Part shown: one piece after another, positions 1 through 28,549 of the stretch
How the letters are laid out: each line of letters opens with the position of its first letter
Position numbering within the stretch: position 1 is the stretch's first letter
Source: Amoebidium appalachense
Taxonomy: Eukaryota > Protista > Ichthyosporea
DNA length: 64,000 bases
Assembly: GCA_963693365.1 (NCBI GenBank)
Contig: CAVNZM010000001.1
Span: 5,286,907-5,350,906 of the forward strand
Direction of reading: 5' to 3'
Program-made: the position numbers and the translations under genes
The notes under the pieces: generated by a model
Database searches by the model: none
What the model was told of the DNA's origin: nothing
Seen by the model: the letters and a program-made list of their open reading frames with translations, nothing else

Positions 1-56
1 GTCTAACCCCAAGTGATTATATGTATGTTTACATCGAAGTTTCTGAGAAAACTTAC

Positions 57-235
57 CGGTCCCTTTGGTTTGGAAGGTTCAGTAAAGAGCGCCATTCGTC
101 CAGAGGTGCTTGGGGCTCCGTTGGTGGTTTGCTGGACAAGAGGGGCAGGGTTGGGAGGAGCAGGCGCGGTTTCTTCTTTCTTCTGGAAGTCCCAGGGACA
201 CACATTTTCCACCTCCCACGGGCATACCTCCTGTG

Positions 236-290
<55 letters not shown>

Positions 291-1141
291 ACTACACATG
301 TAGTGCAGGAACAAGGGGCCGAACAGTGGGAATTTTGGAAGGGGGATTTACTGGCAGCATGTGGGGGGACAGGTTATTGGCTAAAGTGCCGTGGGTGGGG
401 GGTTTATGATGCGCATAAAAGTATCGTTCAGACTGCACAGACACGGTGGCACCAAGAACGGTAAACGGGTGTCTTGTGTCTTGCACAATGAATGTGGAGG
501 AGTGGGTGGGTGGGTGGGTGGTGGTGGTGGTTGGGCGGGGAGGGGAGGGTGTTTTGTGCTCAAGATGTTTGTTTGATGTCAAGTTAAACTGGATGAGATA
601 CTGAGAGCTGGAAAGGGCAGCAGGAGAGATGGGGTGGGTTAGGGTGGGGGTGTAGGGGCGGTGATGTGTGTGGCAAATGCTTGGCAGACTTCAACAAGGG
701 AGTATGGACGAAGCACCTAAACGTATCAAATTGAGGCAATGCAAACTGAATATACAGCTGGTGCGTGCGTGTAATTGTGTGCTTGACTTTGTTTTTTGTA
801 TTCAGTGGGGGGAGGGGAAGGGGGGGGTAGGAAAGGGTGGGAAGGGAGTTCTTTTCCTTTCTTTCTTTCTTTCCTTTAGGGGGGGGGGGGGGGGGGGGGG
901 ATGGGGGGCTCGCAGGAAGAGGTATAACCAAGTAACTCACAAGCACGACTACACAGTGGTTATGCAATCCGAGCTGAAATTCGAGATTTTCTTGTTTTTG
1001 TTGTTGTTTGGGGAAGGAGAAGGGGTGGGGTGGGGGAGGGGGGAGGGTGGTTGCTTTTTACCTCCAGCTGCTTCATCTTTGAAGAGCCTGGAAGGACGGG
1101 ACCTTTATCGGAGTCCATCACAGCGGCCATGTTCACAAACC
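57..1141 (-). CDS. 5' part of a spliced gene encoding a protein with tandem VCPW[E/D] motifs (continues off the left edge)
   Basis: Exon 1141-1062 (CAG acceptor, GTA donor; ..MAAVMDSDKGPVLPGSSKMKQLE, possible ATG at 1130) joins in frame to exon 230-57 (ACAG acceptor after a (CA)n tract, GTAAGT donor; EVCPWEVENVCPWDFQKKEETAP...PKGP). Upstream exons are unresolved. Confidence 0.6.
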
Positions 1142-1498
1142 CTGGTGTCATGAAAAGAAGGTGAGTCACAGTGGGATGTTGGTGGTGGGGGGGGGGGGGG
1201 GGGGAGGGGGGGGGGGGGCGGGAGAAAATGGGAAAGGAAGGTGATGATCAGGACTCAGAGGAAGCATGAAGGTGAAGGGGGGAGAAAATTTGAGTGCGCG
1301 CATGGTGTGTGTGTGTTTGGGCGTGGATGTGCGGCCGTATGCGTGTAGGTATGAGCCGGTTTCAGTATGCTTCCGTTTGAGTATCTGTGCCGGATATGCG
1401 AGGAAAGGTGTGGGGTTGGTGGATTGGGTCTTCTTCTTTTCTTTCCTTTTTCTTTTTTCTTTCCCCCTTTTTTTTTTTTAGCTCCGGGGGGGGAGGAA

Positions 1499-1537
<39 letters not shown>

Positions 1538-1693
1538 CATCAAGGATTGGGGCACCGTCACAATCTCCCAAGTTGATATGTCGTTTCCCGAGCGAAAGCT
1601 GCATATGCTTGAAAGAAAGACCGACGCATAAATATTTCAACCCTCAGGCTTCAACATCTAATGCTTGCCCTTCTGTTGCAAGAGTCTATGTGT

Positions 1694-1786
<93 letters not shown>

Positions 1787-1804
1787 TGTGATGTGTGTGT
1801 GGAG

Positions 1805-1881
<77 letters not shown>

Positions 1882-4800
1882 GGGGGGGAGGTGAGGAGGG
1901 GGATGGGGGAGGGTGGGGGGGGGGGGGGAGACGGGGATAAGGGGAGCAAAAGGAGAACATATGTATGGTCGTGGGAGATAGACACGTAGGCCAATATATA
2001 CCGCACATTCCCACGCTAGTCAGGCCCATGGCGTGCCCACAGCACGGTCCGACCAGCGTATAATGCCATGGTGACCGGGAAAGTGGAAAGCTTCCCTCTG
2101 TATCGTAAGAGCTGCGAGAAGCATGATAGAAGAGGAGCTACCTGTTTTGTGGCGCCACGAAATTCAATCGGTTGTAGTTCCGGATTTCCTTTTTCTCTTC
2201 TTGTCCTCCTATGCTTTTGCGCCTCCGCCAGCTCAAAGTCTATCAGAACAGAGTAAATATCTCCAAGCCCTACAAGGGTTTGGATATGGGCGTAGGAGTA
2301 TGCCGTCACCAAGCAGTAAGGAGAAACGAACATAGAAGAAATAGAGATCGGCCAAAAAAACTACTGAAAAAGTACGTCCCACCCCGATACCAGTGTGAAG
2401 ACAAGCTGTGCTTCTGTGTGCGAAGGAGTGCGAAGGGCTTGAGTTTATATGTCGGAATCTCACCAGCATTCCTGGGGATAACATTGGTCCCCCTAGGCCA
2501 TAGAACAAAAGCCATAAACCTACAACTGACCAGTGTTGTATTTTGATTTGCATTTACACATCCGTATACTTAGCATTTTGGAAATTTATACAAGTAATCT
2601 ACTTTTATTTTATTTTAAGTGTTAATTGTTTGCAAAGTTTGCGATAAGCGTTATATTCTGATGAGCCTACCTACCCGGGCCCGTTCCTATTCGAATTTTC
2701 AAGTTGAACAGGCAGTGATGCCATGATCGCGAATTTTAAAAAACGAAAACACCGTAACAAGCTCTGTATGGCTCGTATGTGTAAGAATATGAAGACAGCA
2801 AATGGTGAAAATAAGAATTCATTAATTATTTTATTAGCAAATAAATTTATATTTAGCGTCATCTCAATTAGTAAAACTTTAAATTAAATTTCAGACTTTC
2901 AAAGTTCGAGCCCGAGTTTGCTGTTCATTTATTCCACAACTCGGGGGTTTGTGTTTTCAACTATGATTGGTTCAGCTTAGACGCGTGGTGCACAGGAATG
3001 TGACTCATGCTTGCAAGTTGACGTTGAACATGATGTCGGCTGTCAGGCCGGGGTCATGATCCGAAAGGAAATCTGCAAGCGAATTCAGCTATAGGAGGTA
3101 TTCATAATTTTTGATACATGCAACATGAAATTTTGCTTCAGTTCAAAAAGTTTGGCTAAATAAATAAGCATTAAGTGTTTGCCTCCAAGCGAGTTTTTTA
3201 GACTTTGAAGAGCATGCCTGCTCCGGATTGAGAACGTCACAGTCTAACTCTAACGGTAATAACTAAGCGTGACAGTGTACAAATCAAAAGTTAACGCTTA
3301 ATTTGGAACATGAGCTACTACCATCATTTCGACGTGTTGCAGCTGGGGTATAATAATATCAATAATTATCATTGATGTATGAAAATTATTTGCACCGATT
3401 TCCATGATGATAAGCGCATTATATCGGAGAAAATGTTAAATTAAAAAATTACAGGCGGCCTACAGCATAGAAACCATTCCTCGCTGGCAGTGGACTTTGT
3501 TATGTATGGCTCCTGGAAGCCAGGACCTCCCTGTGGATGGTACCTCATCATCCAGCTCATGCAATTGGCCATGTGCCCTGTTCTTAGCCTAATGCGCTCA
3601 TGTTAGCCCAGGTGGGTGGGAATAGGAATAATTCTGTGACAACAGATCGTGAATGGGGATAGCATATTTATTTAGCAGTCACTTTCAATACTTGTCGCTT
3701 GCTGCTTGTGACACGAATATATTACCTACGTTGTCACAGGCTGGTACCAAAGTACTGTAGCTCTGCATTTTGATTGGAACAACTTGTCGAATTGGGCCTA
3801 ACGGCTCCCTACATCGAACTACAGGGGTCTTGACGCCAACCGACGCAACTGCAGTTGGCTGCCAGGGGAATTGGACTTCTCATTCTATAACACTTCTAAA
3901 AGGCAGGCAAAAAGACAAATCGGAAATGTCGTTTACATATTGGGGGGGGATTGTTTCATACGGGATACAATGTGCGAGCTTGCGATGGTTTTGGAGGCCA
4001 TATCTATGGACTATGATCCAACTTTTATCACAGCTTCAAGTTAATTATTTTGATTTGATATCCTGTCTTCATGATCATGTCTTCAAATTTCAAAACTAAG
4101 AATTCAAAATTTCAAGTACTATATATTCCCATGCAATCAATTGTGAATCATTATCGAATCGTATTTTTATTATTATTCATAACCCTTTCAACTTTGATGA
4201 ACGCACGCATAAAATCTAAAATTTACTTATAAAAAGTTAAATTAGTTAAAAATAAGAATAACATTTTGTCATCATTATGTGATGGAGTCGAGAGTTTGAA
4301 GCCAGCAGCTGCCCACTGCAGCCAGCGTTACTTACTAACAACCTGCACTCAGCTACATTGCCAGCTATGGAACCCCATTTGAACAGAAGTATGGGGAGCC
4401 GCATCAGCGGCCAATCATGAATCGGCCGGTGCTGAGCCTGTGAGCAGCGAGTCCAGCGACTCCACTGAGGTCAAACAGGGCATACGCATTCACGTGTGGA
4501 AATTCAATAAGCACGCTTACATAGACCAACAAACTAATATTTCATCGTGTATACGTTTCATGTCTTCTTTCATTTTCGTAGGAATTGTGCTGTAATGACA
4601 GTTCAGTGTTTGCGACAGTTCCCGGGCTAGCGCTCGGAATCATCCCTTGAAATCCGGCGCCAGACTCATTTTTGTGGGTGCATACAATTGGTCAACACCC
4701 AACACGCGTGCTTTGCAAGAGATGATCCATCCTGATTCAATGTTTACAATGTTTCTAAGGGGTTTTTGCTCTATTGCATGTTTTTAAATATACTGTATAG

Positions 4801-5469
4801 ATTTTTCCCTTATATAATTAATTGTTAAAGCAATATATATAGCAGAATTAGTAAGAATCAGGAACATTGTGTCTTGACCCCTCAAACTTAGCCAACAATG
4901 TGAGGACCATATGTACTTTTCTATTGGCTTTTTATCATGTATTGTTGTAGGCGTTGAGTGATGCGCTGATCTGCCCTATCACCATCGTCTGGAGAGAATC
5001 AGTACACAAGTTTGCAAGTTGCTTTCTCCTTCTTTAGAGTTGTCTTTATTCTGTTCAGCTGTTGAGAAGGTGTTGTGTTGGGTTCAACCTTTGCTTCGTG
5101 CTGCGGCCGTTTCTCTAGATGTGTAAGAAAGACATATTTACAGCCAAAGAGCAACCAAAAATCAGTTACTGACTCACAGCAAGAGCCTTTCGTTTCTCTA
5201 TTCGGCATTCATTCATTGCCCACGTGTACATTCACCGAGTACTAGTGTAACGCATCTGTGACAAATACTTCTGAGTAATTCTTCTCAGAAGGAGTTTTGT
5301 GAAGCTTTTGCCGTTGATCAAGATTTCTTTGAGTGATAGGTGCTTGTTGCAACGCGCAGAAGCCAAGCCAAATCCCTCTCTGGCTATTTCGTCGTGTTGA
5401 AGGAGCACACCGGCATCACACAACAAGTGGGCACGTGTACGAGCTAGACGGCTTTGTGCATTCTTTGCG

Positions 5470-6920
5470 ATGGACACGAACATGGAAATTGATGGGAAGG
5501 TCGCTACAAGCGACGCTCAGCTAAACCAAACTCCCGCAACTGTCTCCGCCTCCTCATCCTCAAACATTCGACAAAAGACAAGCTCTTCACACACTCGCAA
5601 AAACAGCCACAGGTTGAAAAAGACGAAAACTAACGGCCACTTGGCTCAGCAACAACTGAAGAAGTTCCTGCAGGTAAACAGAAATCTCCCAGCAATGTTA
5701 TTAGATAGCGTTGGTGGAGCTCAGTTCCTCGCCTGTGTTTTCTGGAGTGCTCACTGTCATTACGGATGCTGGTACAAACACAATTAGCGGTGTGTTAGTG
5801 TTAGTAATACGTTCTGAGGCCCGAGGCTCGAAGAAGGACTGTCTGAAAGATTGGGTGGTTGTTGCGTTCCGGGAACACAATGACGTGATAGCTGCTGACG
5901 TACAATACAGTATGGAAATGGAAACCTAGTTTGATTCTGCTTGGCACTTGGCACGACACCGACTGTGTGTTTAAACGTTAATTTCGGAGCAGATTGGCAC
6001 GACTAACGGTATGTGTCCTCCACAGAGGTCCCCTGGTTTTGCACAGCTTGAATTCTTCCGACAGTTGTGTGCTGGTAAGTGCCACATCCCGGCCTAATGG
6101 CCTTATTTAGCGAAAATTTCCTGTTGCCACTGTTATTTTTTGCTGGATGCTCTCAGCCCATCCCTACTTTCGGACTACATAGGGTTGTTTGTTTCAGCAG
6201 CTGTATATCTAGGCGTGTGCTTGGCGATGCTAATATTATTATAGTCTTCCCTTGATCTTTCGTCCTTGGACGTTCTCTAACCTGCTACTACAGTGTCCGG
6301 TGGCACACCTGGTGGTCTGAGTGCTGCACCTGCCATTGACATTGACACGCTGTCTGGCGCCAGCCACTTGCCTAGCCAACTGCCCGGTTACCTGTAAGTG
6401 CCCACAACTTAAGCTCATGTGTTTTGGTTTGTTGAAGGCTCCACGGTTGTCTGGTTATAAGTTTAGTTTATTTTGGAAGAGTTCCCTGGTTTATGAAGGG
6501 CTTATATCTGGCAGTGTGCAAGGTTTTTTAATCTGTATTATATGGAATACGACTATGGTAGCCGCACTTGTCAAGAGCTACCTGTTGGTGGCAAACTTCG
6601 AGTTGACGTTTAGACTGGTGTTTTAATTATGGAGGCAGGATGCTTGTTGGCCGCCGTGTCCTGGAAAATGCGCACACGAGGGCGCTTACACTCAGAGTCA
6701 TACACACTGGCACACATACATTTACACACCAATGACGAATGAAAAATGTCAGTCCTATTAGCAGCCTAAGCCGGCACTGATACACACACGCGTATACATA
6801 TACTTGGTATCTATCATGCACAAGCAGATATACGTATGCACACTCACACATTTGATTTTCTTACTTACGATTTCCTATCCCTCTTACAGGAGGAAAGCGA
6901 TGGTGACACATTGTCACTGA
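5470..6920 (+). CDS. Hypothetical protein of about 127 aa, 4 exons
   Basis: Exons 5470-5673, 6026-6074, 6294-6393 and 6890-6920. All introns are GT-AG, with CTAAC branch points near 6003 and 6277 and consistent phases (0,1,2): MDTNMEIDG...KKFLQ|RSPGFAQLEFFRQLCA|VSGG...LPGYL|RKAMVTHCH*. No recognisable domain. Confidence 0.55.
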
Positions 6921-7474
6921 TGGCGTGAACACGCACGATCGGCAACTACATATGTACGAAGACTTGACCATGGCGAATTCGGAAGGAAAACCACACATTA
7001 CTTCGTTGGAGCAGCCCTCGACGAAACGAGGGTTCAAGGAAATTTGATGCATTTACTGGTATGGATTATGTTGGTAGGTGAGATTGTTATGTTATATGGG
7101 TGGATGTAGTTCTCGGTGGGTTCTCTGTGGTGGTCTGTGTGCTATGTGCTCTTAATAGAGTCTCGGGTTATGTCTCAACCTGTGACCTATCTTTAATGAT
7201 GCAAGACCTCATGCGTATGTGAACTCAGACTCAGACTGATCTCAACTGACAACTGAGACCCGCTCAGGAGTGACGGTCATCCATGTACTCTGGGATCAGG
7301 GGTCAGCTAGGCTATCCATATATGGTAATCATTACATCCATATCATTGGTTCGTAGGCAGGGATTCTCAACCGTGTGTGCTTCAGTCACACCACAGCGGC
7401 ATGCATTTCAAGTCTTTCAAATTGGACATATGCTATCCGATTGCAACTTGAGCGGATAGATCTGAGTGCAGATA

Positions 7475-7700
7475 GCATCCGCGAATAAGAACCCCCCAAA
7501 ATGTGGCCGGGTGGCGGAATCTTAAAATTGTTTGGAGGGTCGGGGTCAGAATCGTAATGGAGGGGGAGGCATACAGCATGATTTATTCATCCGACCGCCA
7601 ATAAGATCATCCCGAAAACTGGCCGGGGGCAGAATTTTAAAAAAAAATCGATTTTGACGGGGGCGAAATCTTATTAACGGGGGTTCTTATTCGCGGACAG
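7475..7700. mobile_element. MITE, Tc1/mariner(pogo)-like
   Basis: Inverted termini TCCGCGAATAAGAACCCCC and GGGGTTCTTATTCGCGGA, flanked by TA on both sides (7473-74 and 7701-02). No ORF. Confidence 0.7.
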
Positions 7701-8765
7701 TATCTGTATGATACGTTATCCGTCCTCCCGGACCTCCACCCGACTGGTGTTTTTCATTCATATTGCTTTGTGACTCGAGTTGCAGCAGCTTCTGGGTAAT
7801 CCGTTTGTCTGCTACTGCTGATGTGCTCTGCTTGTCAATCCCGGGCTTTGATGGTGAATGTTTCACGCAACTGGCATTTCTACATGTTACACGTTCGTTT
7901 CTTCATTTATTTATACTAAAGTGCTTTCACATTTTACATTTTTGAGTAGTAGCTATAGCATGTACTGCTATGCAGCTTCCAGCCCAGTATGTAAACATTT
8001 ATTGTGACATGGCGTGACGGGGATAAGTCGAATGGACTACAGACTAGGCTACTCCCACACATATACGACAACTGGCGGGACCAGTCTTCAGGCTGTCAGT
8101 GACTGCGCCATGACACCGCCGTACCATGAAAAAACAATCCGTTATACTCAGTATATCGATGCTTGCATAATGGTCGTGGATGGAATTCCCGATGCCTTCT
8201 GTGTGCCAGTTGCAATTGGTATGCTTGCAGTTTCTTACATATTCCCGCACCACGGCTGCTCAGTAAGGCACACACGCGTGCACTGTGCGCACCACATACG
8301 TGCGTACAAACACAAAACACACACGTCGTCTGGCATGGCGTACTGTACAGACTGATGATGGGGTGTGTGCACGGTACTGGCATGACTGCTACTGTTCTTT
8401 GTACGGTTACTGTACTCTTGCATTGGGACATCATCGAATTCATGATCATGTACGTACACGCCTTGGTGTGCTGTAATGTAAGTAGTATTTCTATTGGCAA
8501 CATCTTCCCGGGCCCTAGCTCCCCCCCCCCTCCCCCCTCCCCCCACCCGCCCTCCCCCCTCCGGCTCGATATCCCAGCCTCCCCCCCCGGCCCGGCCCCC
8601 GAAACGAGGCCACCCCCTCCCGGACTTCTCTCCCTCACCTCCGGGGCAAAACGGGGGGCCAAAAAAAAAAAAAAAAAAAAAAAAAAGGTTCTTCGTCGCA
8701 CTGAAAGCAAACATAAAAACAAACATGGCACAACTACTACTGCAAACAACTTGAAGCAAACACGA

Positions 8766-8803
<38 letters not shown>

Positions 8804-10237
8804 AGAAGAAGAAGAAGAAGAAGAAGAAGAAGAAGAAGAAGAAGAAGAAGCAAGTATTATGACGTCCACGCTCATAGCCCCTCTTCATTCATCTAATACT
8901 GTACCCGGCCCAAAAAATAATCCAATACAAACACACAATTATTATGTTAAAATTAAAATCAGCCCAACCATGCACATCATCAAGTTCAGTATATATAGCT
9001 GCTGCGGTGCACATATATGCATGGCCAAGGGATCCATTGCACATTATTGGCCGCTCCCTCCGGCCAATCCGGAAACACAACATGTGCCCCATATGCAAGA
9101 TATGTACATCATAATATAGATGAGAGACATTCCTTATTATTGTTAACTTCTACACGGCCACAGCCGCTAAAGCCACAATGCACCGTGATCGGATCCGGAC
9201 ACGTGGCACCGTGGCACCCGAGCTCACCTACCGTCGACGTCAGATCCAATCTTAGATCTGATGCGGCGATGATTGGTCATAACGCTGGGATAGCTAGATT
9301 CACCAATGAAATGATTTGTTTTCTTTATCTATTGCCATCTATCACCAAATTTTGCAACATCTGATTGGTTTACGTAAAAACGTCAGAGCGCAGTAAAACT
9401 TAGCACGGTGTGGAGGACAAAGTGTTAAATTATAGTAGGACCAAATGAAGCCCCAAAACGTTGCCTTATCTTTAATATCAAGTCTCAACCATTATACTTT
9501 ATATTCACAAATATACCTCCTGTATGTCAGAAAAATTATCTACAGGGTTGATCTGCTGTTCAACAAAAGTGTTTTTGTTGCAAATTACTCACAATTTACC
9601 ATCCTCGCGTGTATCGGCACGGATCGGTGCATGAGCGCGAACGTTTATCATATCATCTCTGGATTCCAACGGTCACACTCACACCCATACAGGGCTTATT
9701 CCACTTCTTTTTCTTGGTTGCTGACTTTCTGGTTTGACTCTGAAAGCCAAGTGTGAAACTCTGGCCAAAGTTGTGCCATCTTAGTGAATGAACTGGAGCT
9801 GTCTTAGCATGAAAAAGGCACCCACATCACGGATTAGTTATAGAATATGTGGTTTGCTGTTGTATTCGAAAAAAGCTGGCTATTTTCTGCACTTAATTCT
9901 TTAAATTTGTTCGCCCTCTGCCACTTTTACTCCCTAGAACACAGGCTGCTAGCGCTACGTGTTTAGACTTCAGAATCTATTGCATGCACTAAAGAAAACA
10001 TACACTGAGAAGGCTGAATTTTCTACACGCTGTAGACCGTGGTTTCTAGACTGGCAACAGTATTTTTCTGAGGGCCACGCCCACCGTAAGTACGCCATGA
10101 TGAGTGAGCCGTGACCAAAACACACGCACACACAGCGACCGTGCTTACAGACTTCTAGCCTTTTACTCATTGTTCGGACCTACCTACAACCACAACACAA
10201 TCACAACACTGTTCAGTTAGACTCAAGACTCAAAACG

Positions 10238-15318
<5,081 letters not shown>

Positions 15319-16187
15319 CCTGCAGTAGCAACCCTGACCCAATTGAAACGAATCCTGGTGTATTTTGTACAGCACTGTATTCCCTTAACGGTACATAGCA
15401 TTCCCAACTGGTGAAAGCATGTACATGCCATACCGCAACCACCGGTATCGATCTACGTGTGCGGTGCACGCCATGGGCACACACACACACAACACACTGA
15501 ACCGTTCCATAACTGTAGACACACCAAGTTGAATATTCGCACATGTACAGGTCAAGTTGTCCTCTGCCACAAATGGACTTATCCCCCCTTCTGAATAGAA
15601 CGTAGATTACCGGGATAGTCGGTAATGTTATTCCTGTCTAAATATACGCTTGAAATAGTGGTACATGTTGGTTGATGTTTATATATCTAGGGGCTGTGGA
15701 TATGTCCGTGTAAATCTGGCAAGCTAACGGTGCTTGCGTGATTTGACTGGTGCACCGATGTAATCTTTTGCCCCTTTCGAGGCCACGTAGTTAATATTTT
15801 GTAGATAATCTGGATACCGAGTTGATATACGTAAATATGGATAATCTGTATGCCGAGTTGGATATACATAAATATGAATGCTTCTGACAGTTCTATGATA
15901 CTCAGGAGTTTACGAGTGGTGTAAATCAAGGCCTCCGATGTTTACTTATAGGAGGCCTTGGTGTAAATACAGCTGTGTTGAACATGCCAGTGGACGTGAC
16001 AGAAATGGTTGAGATATATGCCCAAATTGCAGGAAAGTATGGGATTCTGTGAAATTTCAGTCGGCATCACCGGGATATTAAAGGATTTGCATAAAACATC
16101 CCCGTACACGTACATACATGGGAAGCAGGGTGGGAGGAGGCTTGCGTGTGTGCGGGCCTATGCATGAGGGGGGGGGGGGGGGGGGTA

Positions 16188-16224
<37 letters not shown>

Positions 16225-16233
16225 AGGGGGGGG

Positions 16234-16743
16234 TGTCACAGGAAATTTTTGCACCGGAAATTTTTGCACTGGAGGTTGATGGATTATACTTGGATTGTTG
16301 TGTCAATTGGGTTTTCACTGGGTGTTTTTGTGCTCATCGGTAATGTTAGCATTTAAAATATGAATTACACGTTCCTAGTGGTTGTGTTTTTGTTGAGTTT
16401 ATATAACATTTTTTGGGTAGCTAAAGAAAGTCAGTTTGTGTCCCCCTACACCCCCCGTTCAGGGCTGAGGAACGCGTACGGGGGGAGGGGGGAGGGGAGG
16501 GGGGGGGGGGGGGGGGGGGGGGGGAGGGGGGGGGAAAGGGAATAATGCATTTGGAAGTTGGAGCCGACTTAGCGAAGATATTCAGCATAGAGCTGAAATC
16601 CTACGGACAAACACATAAGCACCTAAAGAGGGCATAAAGTATTCAGAAAAACAGAACAGAGACAGAACTCCATTTCGGAAGGTTAGGTAGCCCTTTTCCA
16701 TACAGTCTAGGGAGACGATCTAGTGCAAAAATTTCCTGTGACA
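16234..16743. mobile_element. MITE with 21-bp TIRs, Mutator-like
   Basis: TGTCACAGGAAATTTTTGCAC (16234-54) and its exact reverse complement (16723-43). Both flanks read AGGGGGGGG, a possible 9-bp TSD, but low complexity. Confidence 0.7.
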
Positions 16744-17599
16744 AGGGGGGGGGGGGGGGGGGGGGTCTGGTAGTTGTTTCTGGGGGGCCTGGGGGTGAGC
16801 GGGGAAGTGGGGAGGGGGGGGGGGGAAGGGGATGGTACATACAGACATTGAGCAATTCATGCTCCCGGTTGACTCAGTTATTGCTGCACGGAGAACACAA
16901 TCCCCATGTGTATATATCGACTCATGCACACGCAAATAGCTGCACAGCTACACACACAACCCAGCTTTTCAGCCGTTAAAACACATTGAAAACGTGCATA
17001 CGTGCACTCCTCCCCTTTTTTCCGGTCAGCTTTTTTGGTATTATCTCTTCCTTTTTCAAGTGTCTTTTATCAACTCAGGGTCACATTTCTTTGCTTTTTC
17101 AGTATTTATTGTGAGTTATTTCCCAAATCGGCCCAAGCTGTAGTCCGACCGGTGATCTGTGACGGCGGCTGCTCACCGTTACGGTTTCCGGTCTGCTCTT
17201 TTAGCTCCAAGTGTCCAAAAACATAATTTTAAACTAACAAATTAGACGGAGCATAATATTCAAATTCACCTGGCACATGGAACAAAAATTCGGAAACTAT
17301 TACACAATATGCTCGGACTAATGTACATGGCAGTGGTATTGAAAGACACCACAAACTAAAGATTGAATTCACAAACCACAAAACAAACACGGAATAAGAC
17401 TATAAACGACTTAACAGAGGGGTTTTTGGATTCGTACGTTAACAATTGCATTACTAGTTACGTTCGGTGAGCCTCATCGATGAGTTAAAGCTGTTGAGTG
17501 GTTGCACGTATGTGTGGTGTATGCGTGACTGTATGACACTGTGTGTGTGCGCGCGCGTGTGTGTGTGTGTGTATGTGTCTGTCTAGCTCTGTGTACAAC

Positions 17600-17632
<33 letters not shown>

Positions 17633-17981
17633 CTGTTCATAGCACCTTAGATGTATGCGCTTGTGCACCTGTGTGTGCATGCCGTATCCGAGTGTTAGAA
17701 TAAGCCCATGTGTCAGTGTGTACATGTTGGTGTGTGACTCCGCATGCAATAACAGGGTGTTTGTGTGTGCATAGTGTCACCTTGATGTGTGTTCATCCTT
17801 TGTGCATGATATATGTCTCAAGACATCCGTAAAATATTTTGAAAGTTCCCTAATTGTGTTTGGCAAGCATTTACATCTAGATGGTGTGGTTACAAGGCTA
17901 TGATCAGAGGCACCTGGTGTTGGCCTAAGTTACACCCCAAGTTCGAAAGTTAATACGTCCCTGTGCACACTTGAATTACGT

Positions 17982-18017
<36 letters not shown>

Positions 18018-18266
18018 GCTCCGGCCCTCCCCCTCCCGGCCGCCGTCTCCGTCGCCTACCCAGGAGTAATCCCCCTGTCGGGACCAACTCCCCCGTCCGC
18101 TCATATAATTCCTAAATCCTCCTTTCAAGCCCTTCATACACCTGGGATGTGATTGGGCATTTGTAAGCAAAGTGAAAGGGTAGGCACAACTCATAGCAGG
18201 TAGAGTACTTGTAGCAGCATAAAATGGTTGTGAGGGGTTTGTGGGTGTTTTCTTTCTTTCTTTCTA

Positions 18267-18297
<31 letters not shown>

Positions 18298-18671
18298 GAG
18301 TTTCAACGTACCAGAAAAGTTGAAATCTTGTGAAGACACCAAGCAGAAAGATGGAGCCCATGGGGTTTAATTTAACTATACACGAAAACCAAACATAATT
18401 TACCGGGTAATCGACATGAGAATTTAAAATCACGTTGGCAATTACCTTATACGGTCATCACGTTCAGACTTGGCGGTGTCCCCAGGGTCACGGCGTCGGC
18501 TGGATTCGTCACATCCAGACTTACTTGACCCGTTAAATTTTTAAGCGACACATTTGTGTGGCTCTTGAACATGCGAAGACTGGTGGAACGAGGGAGCTTC
18601 ATTTGGCCAAGAATGGTGTCCACTGTTGGTTTTTATGTGTGGGTGTGGATTAGTTTTTTTTTTTTTTTTTT

Positions 18672-18702
<31 letters not shown>

Positions 18703-19038
18703 GGGGTGATGTATGCGTTAAGAGGGTTGGAAATATCGAGGAGACAACAGAGAGCATCAACAAAACGTCGCAAAAGCGGGAAGCCCAAAATCAAACAATT
18801 GAAGCGTGCAGGCAGAAGACACTTGAACAGAGCCCATCATCAAGGGGGTTCCTATGCCTCCACAAAAGAATGGGTTTCGACTCTCTAACCTCTCACGCGT
18901 GGTTCCCAACCCATACTTTGTTTCAACAGCAATAGGCGAGTCCACCCGTCTTGGCCAAAGACGAGCAGGGTTGTTCAAGGAGCAGCAATCTAAGAAAACA
19001 GAGTTTACAAAAACTGCAAGTACACAAAAACAAAGAAA

Positions 19039-28549
<9,511 letters not shown>

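Noticed and set aside
8096-9119. ORFs of 217-318 aa spanning poly-C, poly-A and (GAA)n
   Set aside because: Low-complexity tracts, with no coherent domain or exon chain.
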